DNA of 43,826 nucleotides, taken from NCBI GenBank assembly GCA_964442925.1, contig CAYUEM010000001.1, positions 1 through 43,826 on the forward strand, in the 5' to 3' direction. The stretch comes from an uncultured Hyphomonadaceae bacterium. Its GTDB lineage: Bacteria > Pseudomonadota > Alphaproteobacteria > Caulobacterales > Hyphomonadaceae. Below the pieces are notes generated by a model that was not told the DNA's origin, made no database searches, and worked only from the letters and a program-made list of their open reading frames with translations. This document shows, piece by piece, positions 26,049 through 35,637 of the stretch. Position 1 is the first letter of the stretch. Each line of letters begins with the position of its first letter. A program made the translations under genes and the position numbers.

Positions 26049-27254
26049 TCAATCGGTGTTTGCGCTGCTCCCGGCCACATCGCGCTCGGCCCGGCGTCGC
26101 TGCGCAGCGCTCTGTTTCACGCTTTCCGAGCGCAGCTGTCCGCAGGCGGCGAAAATGTCCCGGCCGCGCGGGGTGCGGATCGGCGAGGCATAGCCGGCAC
26201 GGTTGAGCACGTCAGCAAAGGCTTCGATCGTGTCCCAGTCGGAGCACGCATAAGTCGCGCCCGGCCATGGATTGAACGGGATCAGATTGATCTTTGACGG
26301 AACCCCGCGCAACAGCCGGACAAGGTCGCGCGCTTCAGCCAGGCTGTCATTCACACCCTTGAGCATGACATATTCGAACGTCACCCGCCGGGCATTCGAC
26401 AGGTCAGGATAAGCGCGGATCGCCTCGAACAGCGTCTGCAGGTCATATTTGCGATTGATCGGCACGAGCTCATCGCGCAATTCATCGCGCACCGCATGCA
26501 GCGAGATTGCCAGCATCGCGCCGGTGCGCGCGCCCAGTTCGGGAATCTTCGGTGCCACGCCAGCGGTTGAGACCGTGACCCTGCGCCGCGAAATCGAAAT
26601 GCCCTCGGGGTCAGACAGCGTGTCGATGGCCTCGGCAACATTATCAAGATTGTACAGCGGCTCACCCATCCCCATAAAGACGATATTGGTCAGCTGGCGG
26701 TCTTCATTCGAGGTTGGCCATTCATCCAGCGCATCGCGCGCAATCATCACCTGCGCGATGATCTCCTGCGCGGTCAGGTTGCGCACCAGACGCTGCGTGC
26801 CGGTGTGGCAGAAGGTGCAGTTCAGCGTGCAGCCGACCTGGGAGGATACACACAGTGCGCCGGCTCTTCCGACGCCGGGAATGAACACGCTTTCCGCCTC
26901 GATGCCCGGGGCAAACCGCGCCAGCCATTTCTGCGTGCCGTCAACCGAGACCTGATGCTGGCTGATTTCCGGGCGGTGCAGGTCGAACGCTTCGCCAAGC
27001 GTATCGCGCAGCGACCGTGCAATATCTGTCATGGCGTCAAACTCGGTCAGGCCATAATGATAGATCCAGCGCCAGAGCTGGCTCGCCCGCATCTTCGATT
27101 TTTTCGGGTCGACACCGAAATCGATCAGGCTTTCCCGTAAGGCTTCGCGCGAAAGCCCGGCCAGATTGGGTTTTGGGGCAGGCGCAAGCGCTGTGCGCGC
27201 AGCAAGGTCAAGTTCGATCTTCATGATGATGTTCGCAAATAGCACGGGCCGCAC
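26049..27254 (-). CDS. rlmN: 23S rRNA (adenine2503-C2)-methyltransferase, radical SAM
   Basis: [18 protein letters not shown] radical-SAM cluster motif, MGMGEPLYN and a C-terminal ACGQL motif. The start may be the internal ATG at 27224. Confidence 0.92.
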   Translation of the reverse strand: MRPVLFANIIMKIELDLAARTALAPAPKPNLAGLSREALRESLIDFGVDPKKSKMRASQLWRWIYHYGLTEFDAMTDIARSLRDTLGEAFDLHRPEISQHQVSVDGTQKWLARFAPGIEAESVFIPGVGRAGALCVSSQVGCTLNCTFCHTGTQRLVRNLTAQEIIAQVMIARDALDEWPTSNEDRQLTNIVFMGMGEPLYNLDNVAEAIDTLSDPEGISISRRRVTVSTAGVAPKIPELGARTGAMLAISLHAVRDELRDELVPINRKYDLQTLFEAIRAYPDLSNARRVTFEYVMLKGVNDSLAEARDLVRLLRGVPSKINLIPFNPWPGATYACSDWDTIEAFADVLNRAGYASPIRTPRGRDIFAACGQLRSESVKQSAAQRRRAERDVAGSSANTD

Positions 27255-27275
27255 CGGCGACCAAATGGGCGGGAC

Positions 27276-28007
27276 TCAATATTCATCGATACCTTGCGGG
27301 TTGCGGCGGCGACGGATCAGCCAGGTGACGCCGCGCAGGTCGGACAATGCTGCCCAGAGCCGGCCGAAATTGCTGTATTTCGAGCGCCCGGAACCGCGCG
27401 GGCGATGATTGACATCGCGATATTCGACAGCGTGGCCGTCGGCGCGCATCAGCGCCGGCATATAGCGGTGCATATGATCGAAATAAGGCAGGGTGAGATA
27501 GGCCGCGCGGTCCATCACCTTTATGCCGCAGCCACTGTCATCGCAATCATCGCGCAGCAGCCGCCGGCGCACCGAATTGGCAAGGCGCGAGCCGAACCGC
27601 TTCCATGCCGTATCCTTGCGGCTGGCGCGCCGGCCCATCACCATTTTCAGCGATCGCGGCGCATCGGCGCGGGTCAGCTGGCGATACAGGTCCGGCAGGT
27701 CGGCCGGGTCATTCTGACCGTCTCCGTCGAGCGTCGCGATGATCGCGCCTCTGGCAATTGCGATGCCTGTGCGGATTGCGCGGCTCTGGCCTGCATTCTG
27801 CCTGTGCGCCGCAACCCGCAGACTGGCGTGCTGCGATTTCAGTTCAACCAGCCGGGCGCGCGTGTCGTCGGTGGACGCGTCATCGACAAAGATCATCTCG
27901 AAAGCGCGCCCCTCAAGCGCTGCAGCGATCTCGCCGGCAAGCGTTTCGACATTGCCGACCTCATTGTACACCGGCACAACGACAGAAAGTTCAACGGACT
28001 GGGACAC
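27276..28007 (-). CDS. Glycosyltransferase family 2 (polyprenol-phosphate sugar transferase-like)
   Basis: SVVVPVYNEVGNV and FVDDASTDDT motifs; DGDGQNDP (DxD). Confidence 0.8.
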   Translation of the reverse strand: MSQSVELSVVVPVYNEVGNVETLAGEIAAALEGRAFEMIFVDDASTDDTRARLVELKSQHASLRVAAHRQNAGQSRAIRTGIAIARGAIIATLDGDGQNDPADLPDLYRQLTRADAPRSLKMVMGRRASRKDTAWKRFGSRLANSVRRRLLRDDCDDSGCGIKVMDRAAYLTLPYFDHMHRYMPALMRADGHAVEYRDVNHRPRGSGRSKYSNFGRLWAALSDLRGVTWLIRRRRNPQGIDEY

Positions 28008-28217
28008 TTGGGGAATACGCCTTTTATTGCGGACAGTCTTGATCGCGCGCTCATATCGCAGGCGCGTGCAGATGGCGAGGCTGTGGCAACAATTTCAGCG
28101 CAATCGGCCCTTCAGGCTGGTGGCAAATGCGCCTCAAGCGGGCCATCTTTTAAGGACGTGGGCCTTGTGGTCCGCTCCCCTCCGATGAGGCAAACCTGAA
28201 CAAGGGTTTTCAACAGC

Positions 28218-28934
28218 CTAAACCTGCAGGAATTGTGGCACATGTCCGGGTGCGAGAAGCACCGCCGTCAACGGGCCACCATAACACGCGCCGGTGTCAA
28301 TATTGATCCGCCGGCCATCGTCGGAGACATCAAGGCAGAAATCATCCGGCGGTGTGTGGCCGTGAATGACGCGCTGACCAGTCAGTGCGGGAGCGGTCCA
28401 GAATGCAGTGTCAAAGAACCGGGGCGCGCGGGTCCAGAGATAGACCTCTTCGCTTTCGCCGGGATATTGTTCGGGATGCACCCCGGCATGCACGAAGATC
28501 AGATCGTGTTCGGCGACGCAATGCAGCCGGGGCCGGGTTTTCAGCCAGTCCAGATCCGCTTCAGGCACCGTCTGTGCACGCAGATAACTTTCCAGGGTCG
28601 CGATGCCGCCATTGATAGCCCAGTGGCGCAATGCGTCGCCTTCATTTTCAAGTGCGTCAATCATCATCTGTTCGTGATTGCCCATCAGGCAGACGAGTTC
28701 GAGATCTTCACGTCCAGCCGCATCCGTTTCCATTTGTCTCAGCCGCGCGATCACACCGGCGCTGTCGGGACCGCGATCGACATAATCGCCGAGATGCACC
28801 AGCGTCAGGGCGGCGCCGGGGTGCTGGTCTGCAACCGCCGCAAATATTTCCGCATGCAGGGCCGCAAGGCGTTCGGCATGGCCGTGAATGTCGCCGATCG
28901 CGACATGGATTCGGCTGGTGCGGGAATCTGGCAC
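28218..28934 (-). CDS. Metallophosphoesterase (PPP-family Ser/Thr phosphatase / ApaH-like)
   Basis: GDIHGH, GDYVDRGPDS and GNHE motifs. Confidence 0.8.
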   Translation of the reverse strand: MPDSRTSRIHVAIGDIHGHAERLAALHAEIFAAVADQHPGAALTLVHLGDYVDRGPDSAGVIARLRQMETDAAGREDLELVCLMGNHEQMMIDALENEGDALRHWAINGGIATLESYLRAQTVPEADLDWLKTRPRLHCVAEHDLIFVHAGVHPEQYPGESEEVYLWTRAPRFFDTAFWTAPALTGQRVIHGHTPPDDFCLDVSDDGRRINIDTGACYGGPLTAVLLAPGHVPQFLQV

Positions 28935-29026
28935 GAGACTTGCTCCTCATGGCGGGAGTGTTGAACTCCATCATCAATACCTGTCTCGCCCCGGCCCTTT
29001 TTCACAAGGACCGGGGCTTTTTTCCA

Positions 29027-29938
29027 TCAGCGCAGCTGCGCGGCTGCGCGCGCCAGCCGGCGGGCCTGCGCCTGACCGATCAGACTGTCAGCGGTGAAAA
29101 TCGCCAGCGCCAGCCAGATGAACGCAAACGCAATCGCATGAGTGGTGGTGAACGGCTCCCTGAAAACAAGCACAGCGATCACAAGCTGCAGGCTCGGAGC
29201 AACATATTGCATCATTCCAACCGTTGACAGCTTCAGGCGGGATGCGGCAATCGCAAAACAGATCAGCGGAACCGCAGTGAGCGGGCCTGACGCGATCAGC
29301 AAAGGAATGTCCCAGCCGCCCTGACCCATGATCGGTGCCTCACCGCGTGCGACCATGTAGGCCAGCCCGCCAAAGGCCATCGGGAACAGGATCGCGGCCT
29401 CGACGACAAAGCCGGCACGGCCATCGACGCCAATCCGCTTGCGCACCACGCCATAAAAGGCAAACAGCAGGGAAAGCGACAACACGATCCATGGCAGCTG
29501 TCCAAGCGCGAGCGTGACAATGACGACCCCAACCGTCGCCACCGCCACCGAGACCCATTGTGCCGGGCGCAGCCGTTCGGAAAAGAAAACCAGCCCGAAC
29601 AGGACGCTGATCAACGGATTGATATAATAGCCGATCGAGGCTTCCATCACCCGGTCAACGGAAACCGCATAAATATAAATCAGCCAGTTCGCGCCGATCA
29701 ACACTGCCGACAGCGCCAGCCAGCCCAGCGTTTGCGGTTTCAGCGCGGCGCGCACACGGTCCCACTGCGCAGCAAGAGCGATAAAGACGAGGCCCGTCGG
29801 CACCGACCAGATAATCCTGTGCGCGAGCATTTCCGGCGGCGGTATATGGTCCAGCGCGCGAAAATAGATCGGCAGACTGCCCCAGAGAAAATAGGCTGCA
29901 AAGCCCGCGATCAGTCCGGTGCGCATGTCCGAGTTCAT
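29027..29938 (-). CDS. rarD: EamA-family transporter RarD
   Basis: Ten predicted TM helices; the N-terminal GLIAGFAAYFLWGSLPIYFRAL is typical of RarD. Confidence 0.75.
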   Translation of the reverse strand: MNSDMRTGLIAGFAAYFLWGSLPIYFRALDHIPPPEMLAHRIIWSVPTGLVFIALAAQWDRVRAALKPQTLGWLALSAVLIGANWLIYIYAVSVDRVMEASIGYYINPLISVLFGLVFFSERLRPAQWVSVAVATVGVVIVTLALGQLPWIVLSLSLLFAFYGVVRKRIGVDGRAGFVVEAAILFPMAFGGLAYMVARGEAPIMGQGGWDIPLLIASGPLTAVPLICFAIAASRLKLSTVGMMQYVAPSLQLVIAVLVFREPFTTTHAIAFAFIWLALAIFTADSLIGQAQARRLARAAAQLR

Positions 29939-30027
29939 GCCAGATGGCCTAGCGCGGCAAATGCGATCAAACCATCAGAATCTTTTCGGCGGGCCGGGTC
30001 GGAACCGACCCTGTAACCGGGCTGCGA

Positions 30028-30927
30028 TCAGACGCCGACGGGCAGGCCCTGTTCCTTTGCCATCCTGCGCATCGCCTTTTGCAGTTTCTCGAAGGCGCGC
30101 ACCTCGATCTGGCGGATCCGCTCACGCGAGACATTATAGACCTGGCTGAGCTCTTCCAGCGTCCTGGGCTCCTCCGACAGTCGGCGCTCGGTCAGGATGT
30201 GCTTTTCGCGATCATTGAGATCGGTCATCGCCTCGGTCAGCAATTCCATTCGCGCGCCAAATTCCTGCCGGTCTGCGAACGTGCCGGCCTGGTCGGGCTC
30301 ATCATCGGCCAGCCAGTCCTGCCATTCCATGTCGCCATCCTGGCCCATCGGGACATTCAGCGAGGCATCGGACCCACTCATGCGCCCGTTCATGGAGATG
30401 ACTTCCTTTTCCGACACGTTCAGCCGTTCGGCAATTTCCTTCACCTGCGCAGGTTTCAGGTCGCCCTCTTCCAGCGCGGCAATCTCGCCCTTGATCCGGC
30501 GAAGATTGAAAAACAGCTTTTTCTGTGCTGCCGTCGTGCCCAGCTTCACAAGGCTCCAGCTGCGCAGGATATATTCCTGTATCGCTGCACGGATCCACCA
30601 CATCGCATAAGTCGCCAGACGGAAGCCCTTGTCGGGATCGAATTTCTTGACGGCCTGCATCAGGCCGACATTTCCCTCGGAAATGACCTCCGCGATCGGC
30701 AAACCATAACCGCGGTAACCCATGGCGATCTTTGCCACCAGACGCAGGTGCGATGTCACCATTTTCTCTGCCGCTGCCGGGTCTTCATGCTCCTGCCAGC
30801 GTTTTGCGAGCATGAATTCCTCGCCCTTTTCCAGCATTGGAAACTTGCGGATTTCGCTGAGATAGCGGCTGAGCCCCTGTTCGGGACTGAGCGCGAGAGC
30901 GCGGTCTGGCGCATTGCCCTTGGCCAT
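30028..30927 (-). CDS. rpoH: RNA polymerase sigma-32 (heat shock) factor
   Basis: Sigma-70 regions 2-4 and the RpoH box (QKKLFFNLRRIKGEI). ATG at 30927 has GGAGA 5 nt upstream; the longer ORF to 31002 lacks an RBS. Confidence 0.9.
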   Translation of the reverse strand: MAKGNAPDRALALSPEQGLSRYLSEIRKFPMLEKGEEFMLAKRWQEHEDPAAAEKMVTSHLRLVAKIAMGYRGYGLPIAEVISEGNVGLMQAVKKFDPDKGFRLATYAMWWIRAAIQEYILRSWSLVKLGTTAAQKKLFFNLRRIKGEIAALEEGDLKPAQVKEIAERLNVSEKEVISMNGRMSGSDASLNVPMGQDGDMEWQDWLADDEPDQAGTFADRQEFGARMELLTEAMTDLNDREKHILTERRLSEEPRTLEELSQVYNVSRERIRQIEVRAFEKLQKAMRRMAKEQGLPVGV

Positions 30928-31139
30928 GAATATCTCCGTCATTGCTGGTGGCGACCCACATGAAACGCGGCATCGACCGAAATTGAACCTTGAGGCTGGC
31001 ACGCAAGACGGCCCCGCAATCGGGCACCATCTGCCGCTTCCCCCACCGCAGGCATGTGATGCCCTGCAATGCCACGTCAGATAATCACACTTTTGATGGC
31101 AAAAAAGAGGCGAAACCGATCACGCCGGCTTGATCGGAC

Positions 31140-32132
31140 CTATTCGATCAACCGGCTTGCTTTTGCCGCGCTGAGGAAATCAGACAGCCCGTCAGCTGAT
31201 TTCATCCCGGCGAGCGACTTTTTCAGCAGCTTGTAGCTTTTTGCGGCGTAGCGCTGCGTGGTTTCGTCAAACTGTCCGCCGGCAATCTTCACCGACAGCG
31301 TCTTGCGTCGTTTCGACGCGTTCTCGCTATTGGTTTCGGCCCACGGCAGATAGGTTTTCGCGACTTCATCCCGGAAGATCGGCAGCAATGTCGCTTCCAG
31401 CTCGCCGAGCGGCTTGAACGGCGCACCGGCGTTCGGCTTTTCCATGAATTCGCACCATTCGGTGACAAAGGGCGCACGGTCGCGCAGCCACTCGCCGGGC
31501 GTGGGGTCATTCAGCATCTGCTGCAGCTGGGCAGAGATCGAGAAATCCGCAGCGCTGGGGCGTCCGCCAAAGATGAAAAGATGCTCGGTGAGATGGGCAT
31601 TCAGAAGCTCGGCGAAGCGGTGAAAGCTCTGCTTGAGTTTCTTCGCATTCTTCCCGCCGGCCCCGACAAGACCAAGCCGGCTTGTCATGCTGTCCATGAT
31701 CGAGGCTTCGACGGTTTCCCTTTCCGCAGGTGCCTGGCCGGCAAACAGCTGCAGCATCACACGGTGGGCGGCCTGTTCACGATCCGGCGATTGTGACCAG
31801 CGCTCGTTGAACATCGCCTTGTTGAGCCATTCATCGCCATAATCCTCAAGCACCAGCGCGAGCGCGGCGCAGGCGGGGTCATCGGGCACGGTCGAAGGTT
31901 CCGGGCAATCGATTTCAAGCGCGGCAAGCATTGCCGTTGAGTCCTGGCTTGGCGGGCGGCCGGGCGCAACAAGCAGCGGCACGGTCGGCGTGCTCGCCAC
32001 AGCGCGGAATGCCGCCTCTGTGCGCACCGAACGCTCAACCCAGTCGAAACGCGCGCCCTTGTAGCGCAGCGCTGCGCGGACCTTTTGCGAGTAAGGCGAA
32101 GTTTCTGCGCCGAAGAGGCGATAATCTGACAT
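31140..32132 (-). CDS. Glutathione S-transferase family protein
   Basis: N-terminal thioredoxin-like GST domain (YRLFGAETSPYSQKVRAALRYKG...VPLLV) and a helical C-domain. Confidence 0.6.
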   Translation of the reverse strand: MSDYRLFGAETSPYSQKVRAALRYKGARFDWVERSVRTEAAFRAVASTPTVPLLVAPGRPPSQDSTAMLAALEIDCPEPSTVPDDPACAALALVLEDYGDEWLNKAMFNERWSQSPDREQAAHRVMLQLFAGQAPAERETVEASIMDSMTSRLGLVGAGGKNAKKLKQSFHRFAELLNAHLTEHLFIFGGRPSAADFSISAQLQQMLNDPTPGEWLRDRAPFVTEWCEFMEKPNAGAPFKPLGELEATLLPIFRDEVAKTYLPWAETNSENASKRRKTLSVKIAGGQFDETTQRYAAKSYKLLKKSLAGMKSADGLSDFLSAAKASRLIE

Positions 32133-32283
32133 GGCAGCCTTCTCATTGATTTGCGAAACCGTCTTCTAGGCCTATCGCACCGGCTTCGCCAAGCACAAAC
32201 CGCCCTCGCCCCTTGCGCGAGCGCTCTCGGGCCACTAACCCGTTGTCAGGACAACAGGGACAAGACGGGGACTTTGAAGAACT

Positions 32284-33282
32284 TTGGCCAAGACTGTATT
32301 GGTGACCGGCGGCGCCGGCTATGTGGGCAGCCATTGCTGCAAGGCCTTCGCGGCAGCCGGCTGGAATGTGGTGGTGTTTGACAATCTTTCGCGTGGCTGG
32401 CGCGATCTTGTCAAATGGGGTGACCTGATTGTCGGTGACCTTCTCGACCCGGTTTCGCTCGACAAGGCTTTCGCCCGGGTCAGGCCTGATGCGGTTGCCC
32501 ATTTCGCTGCACTTGCCTATGTCGGCGAGAGCGTTTCCGATCCCGGCCTTTACTATCGCAACAACACGACAGGCTCGATGCAACTGCTTGATGCCATGGT
32601 CCGGGCGGGGACCGACAAGCTGATCTTCTCGTCGACCTGCGCGACCTATGGCGTGCCCGAGCGCGTGCCGATGACCGAAGACATCCCGCAAAACCCGATC
32701 AATCCCTATGGCTGGTCGAAACTGTTCGTCGAGCGGATGCTCGCTGATTATGGCGCTGCGCACGGACTGCGTTCGGTGCCCCTGCGTTATTTCAATGCGG
32801 CAGGCGCCGATCCCGATGGCGAGACCGGCGAGCGGCATGAACCCGAGACCCATCTCATACCGCTGGCCATTCGCGGCATGATGCAGGATGGCTTCAAGCT
32901 GACGATTTTCGGCGATGATTTCGACACGCGCGATGGCACCTGCGTGCGCGACTATATCCATGTCACCGACCTGGCCGACGCACACACGCGCGCGCTGGAT
33001 TATCTCCAGCAGGGTGGTGCATCGGACGTGTTCAACCTCGGCACCGGGACCGGAACGACCGTGCGCGAAATCGTCGAGGCTGTGGAGCGGGTTTCCGGGC
33101 GGCAGGTCAACAAGTCGGTTGGCCCGCGGCGCGCCGGTGACCCCCCGGCGCTTCTGGCCAGCGCGGAGAAAGCCCGGCGCGTGCTTGGCTGGGAGACGGC
33201 ACATTCCGATATCGACACGATCATCTCGACCGCCTGGCGCTGGCACCGCGAAGAGCAACAGCGCGGCCATGCGGGCGCATGA
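32284..33282 (+). CDS. galE: UDP-glucose 4-epimerase
   Basis: VLVTGGAGYVGSH Rossmann motif, SSTCATYG, YGWSK catalytic Tyr-x3-Lys. TTG start at 32284. Confidence 0.88.
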   Translation: MAKTVLVTGGAGYVGSHCCKAFAAAGWNVVVFDNLSRGWRDLVKWGDLIVGDLLDPVSLDKAFARVRPDAVAHFAALAYVGESVSDPGLYYRNNTTGSMQLLDAMVRAGTDKLIFSSTCATYGVPERVPMTEDIPQNPINPYGWSKLFVERMLADYGAAHGLRSVPLRYFNAAGADPDGETGERHEPETHLIPLAIRGMMQDGFKLTIFGDDFDTRDGTCVRDYIHVTDLADAHTRALDYLQQGGASDVFNLGTGTGTTVREIVEAVERVSGRQVNKSVGPRRAGDPPALLASAEKARRVLGWETAHSDIDTIISTAWRWHREEQQRGHAGA

Positions 33283-34412
33283 GCGCGTTTCCAAGACACA
33301 TCCTTGCCTATTGCGACAAGCTGTTCACGCCGTCGGAAAGCTTCATCCCGCGCGGTTACAGCGCCTTTGAGCGGCTGGTTCCAGTGTATATCGGCCATGA
33401 ATTGAAAGGCCCGGTGCCTGAGGGAGCCGAAGTCATCGAACTGGGCCCGCTGCACGGTCCGGGTGGAGAGGCCGCATTCAAACAGCTCGGCACAGTCTCG
33501 GCCCGGCTTGAAGAGACACTGCGCGCGCTTGAGCCGGTCGCGGTCCATGCCAGCTTTGGCAAGTCTGGCGCTTATGCCCTGCCGATCGCGCGCAGGCTCG
33601 CCCTGCCGCTGGCGGTTACCTATTATGGCGGCGATGCGACCAAGACCGCCAATACAAGGGACAGTTTCATCCGCGTCTACAATCGCCGGCGTGCGTCGCT
33701 GTGGAAGGAAGCCGCGCTGATCCTGCCCTGCTCGGACTTTATCCGGCGCGAGCTTCTTGCGCGCGGGGCCCCGGATGAAAAGATGGTTGTCCACCATAAC
33801 ACCGCCGACCCGGAAAAGTTCCAGCCCGGCGAGAAACAGAATATCCTGCTGTTTGCCGGACGCTGGACCGAGAAAAAGGGCATCGACACGCTGATTGATG
33901 CGCTGGCGCGCATTCCCGGCAAGCTTGAGGGCTGGCGGGTGCGTTTGCTGGGCGATGGTGAACTGAAACCTGATCTTGTCGGCCGGCTGGAAGCGGCCGG
34001 TGTTCAGGCCGAACTGCCCGGCTGGATTGCGGCTGACGAGATGCCAAAGCATTTTGCCGAGGCGACGATTGTCTGTGTGCCATCGCGGCGCGCACGCTCG
34101 GGCGATGCGGAGGGGCTGCCGCTGGTCTGTGTCGAGGCGATGCTGGCCGGCTGCGCGCTGGCAGCGACACGCCATGCGGGGATCCCGGAATGCGTGGAAG
34201 ATGGTGAGACCGGCTATCTCGTCGATGAGGGCGATGATGCGGCACTGGCCGGGTGCCTGTCTCAGATGCTCGGCGAGCCGGCGCGCACGCGGGAAATGGG
34301 CGAGGCCGGTCGGGCGCTCGCACTGGAACGCTTCAACCTGAAAAATCAGAGCCGGCGTCTGGAAGATCACCTGATCGCCCTGGCAAGGGCCGGCGCAACC
34401 CTGCCGGCATAA
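33279..34412 (+). CDS. Glycosyltransferase family 4 (GT-B, WcaL-like)
   Basis: ATGA overlap with galE. C-terminal GT1/GT4 motif (EGLPLVCVEAMLAGCALAATRHAGIPECVEDGETGYLV). Confidence 0.8.
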   Translation: MSAFPRHILAYCDKLFTPSESFIPRGYSAFERLVPVYIGHELKGPVPEGAEVIELGPLHGPGGEAAFKQLGTVSARLEETLRALEPVAVHASFGKSGAYALPIARRLALPLAVTYYGGDATKTANTRDSFIRVYNRRRASLWKEAALILPCSDFIRRELLARGAPDEKMVVHHNTADPEKFQPGEKQNILLFAGRWTEKKGIDTLIDALARIPGKLEGWRVRLLGDGELKPDLVGRLEAAGVQAELPGWIAADEMPKHFAEATIVCVPSRRARSGDAEGLPLVCVEAMLAGCALAATRHAGIPECVEDGETGYLVDEGDDAALAGCLSQMLGEPARTREMGEAGRALALERFNLKNQSRRLEDHLIALARAGATLPA

Positions 34413-34519
34413 TGCGGCCTCTTGTGAACATGTCATCGCGGCGGGTTTCCGCCGGGCACTGGCGCGGGTGAATTTGGCGCTGTAGGTTGCGCGCAGAGAA
34501 AAAAGGCAGGAGGAAGCGC

Positions 34520-34924
34520 ATGGAACTCATGCAGCAATTCAATACGGATATGGCGGCCTACAGCCCGGGCTGGGTTGGTGTCTGGGTCAATTTCATGGTT
34601 GCAGTGCTGCTACTGGGCGGTGTCGCGTTCAGCTTTGTGCGGGTGGAGGCGCGCTGGGTGCTTCTGGCGACGCTGCTTGGCATGGTCGGCACGATGCTGG
34701 CTTACAGCCAGTTCGGATTTACGCGCATTCTCGGCATCGGCCATATTCTGGCATGGACACCGGCGCTGATCTATCTGCTGGCGCGGCGCAGGCACTGGCG
34801 GGCGGGCGAAACCTGGTCAGGCAGGTGGCTCGCCCTTGCGGCGGCGATCTTCGCCGTCTCACTGGTGTTTGATTATTCCGATCTTGCCCGCTGGTTGCTG
34901 GGCGAGCGTGCCATCGGGGCCTGA
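34520..34924 (+). CDS. Small integral membrane protein, hypothetical
   Basis: ATG at 34520 is preceded by AGGAGGA (34508-34514). Four hydrophobic segments; no family recognised. Confidence 0.5.
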   Translation: MELMQQFNTDMAAYSPGWVGVWVNFMVAVLLLGGVAFSFVRVEARWVLLATLLGMVGTMLAYSQFGFTRILGIGHILAWTPALIYLLARRRHWRAGETWSGRWLALAAAIFAVSLVFDYSDLARWLLGERAIGA

Positions 34925-35637
34925 TCGCGCAGGAATCTGGCGATCCAGTCGGCGACAAGGCCATTGTCGCTGGGCTGGCTGAGGGAGGCAATGGCCGCAT
35001 CGACGGTGTCATCACCGAGTGGGCGACCGCGCCGCACGTCATAAAGGGCGGTGGCAAAACCATCATCAAATTCCGGATGGCCCTGAAAACTGATTGCCGG
35101 GACGATGTCGTAATCGAGCGCGGCGAACGGGGTGAACGCGCTGGCGGCGATCACATGCGCGCCGGGTGGTGGCGTGACCACCTGGTCCTGATGGCTGACC
35201 GCGAGGGCAAAAGTCTGGCCGCGCGCCGCATCCGGGCCCATCCATATGCGCGGCTCGCAAATCTCGTAAGTGTGCCGCCCGAGCCCCCAGGAGCGAGATG
35301 ATTTCGCCGCATGACCGCCAAGCGCCTCGGCCATCGCCTGGTGGCCAAAACAGACCCCGACCATCGGCGTGCGCTCCGCTGCGGCCCAGCGGATGAAGTC
35401 GAACAGCATGGTCATCCATGGCTCGGGATCATAGACGCCGGCAGGCGATCCGGTGATCAGGATCGCATCCAGCCCGGCCGGGTCTGGCAGGGTCTCGCCG
35501 TCGCTCAGCGCAATGACTTCCCATTCGAGACTGTTATCGGCGTCGCTGATCAGTTGTCTGAACATCGCCGGATAGTCTGGCCAGTCGTCGCGGATCGCTG
35601 GTGGCGGCCTGCCGGTTTCGATGATGGTGATTTTCAT
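34873..35637 (-). CDS. Class I glutamine amidotransferase-like protein
   Basis: MKITIIETGRPP start and a nucleophile elbow VGVCFGHQAMA; HPEF near the C-terminus. Its ATG at 35637 overlaps the stop of the upstream DUF885 gene (ATGA). Confidence 0.75.
   Translation of the reverse strand: MKITIIETGRPPPAIRDDWPDYPAMFRQLISDADNSLEWEVIALSDGETLPDPAGLDAILITGSPAGVYDPEPWMTMLFDFIRWAAAERTPMVGVCFGHQAMAEALGGHAAKSSRSWGLGRHTYEICEPRIWMGPDAARGQTFALAVSHQDQVVTPPPGAHVIAASAFTPFAALDYDIVPAISFQGHPEFDDGFATALYDVRRGRPLGDDTVDAAIASLSQPSDNGLVADWIARFLRDQAPMARSPSNQRARSE

Noticed and set aside
24984-26297. 437-aa plus-strand ORF over the DAACS symporter and rlmN 3-prime end
   Set aside because: It is antisense to a polytopic transporter with clear DAACS motifs, and the translation is His/Arg/Asp/Gln-rich with no fold signature.
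32143-34436. 383-aa and 478-aa minus-strand ORFs opposite galE and the GT4 gene
   Set aside because: They are shadow ORFs antisense to genes with unambiguous Rossmann/epimerase and GT-B motifs.
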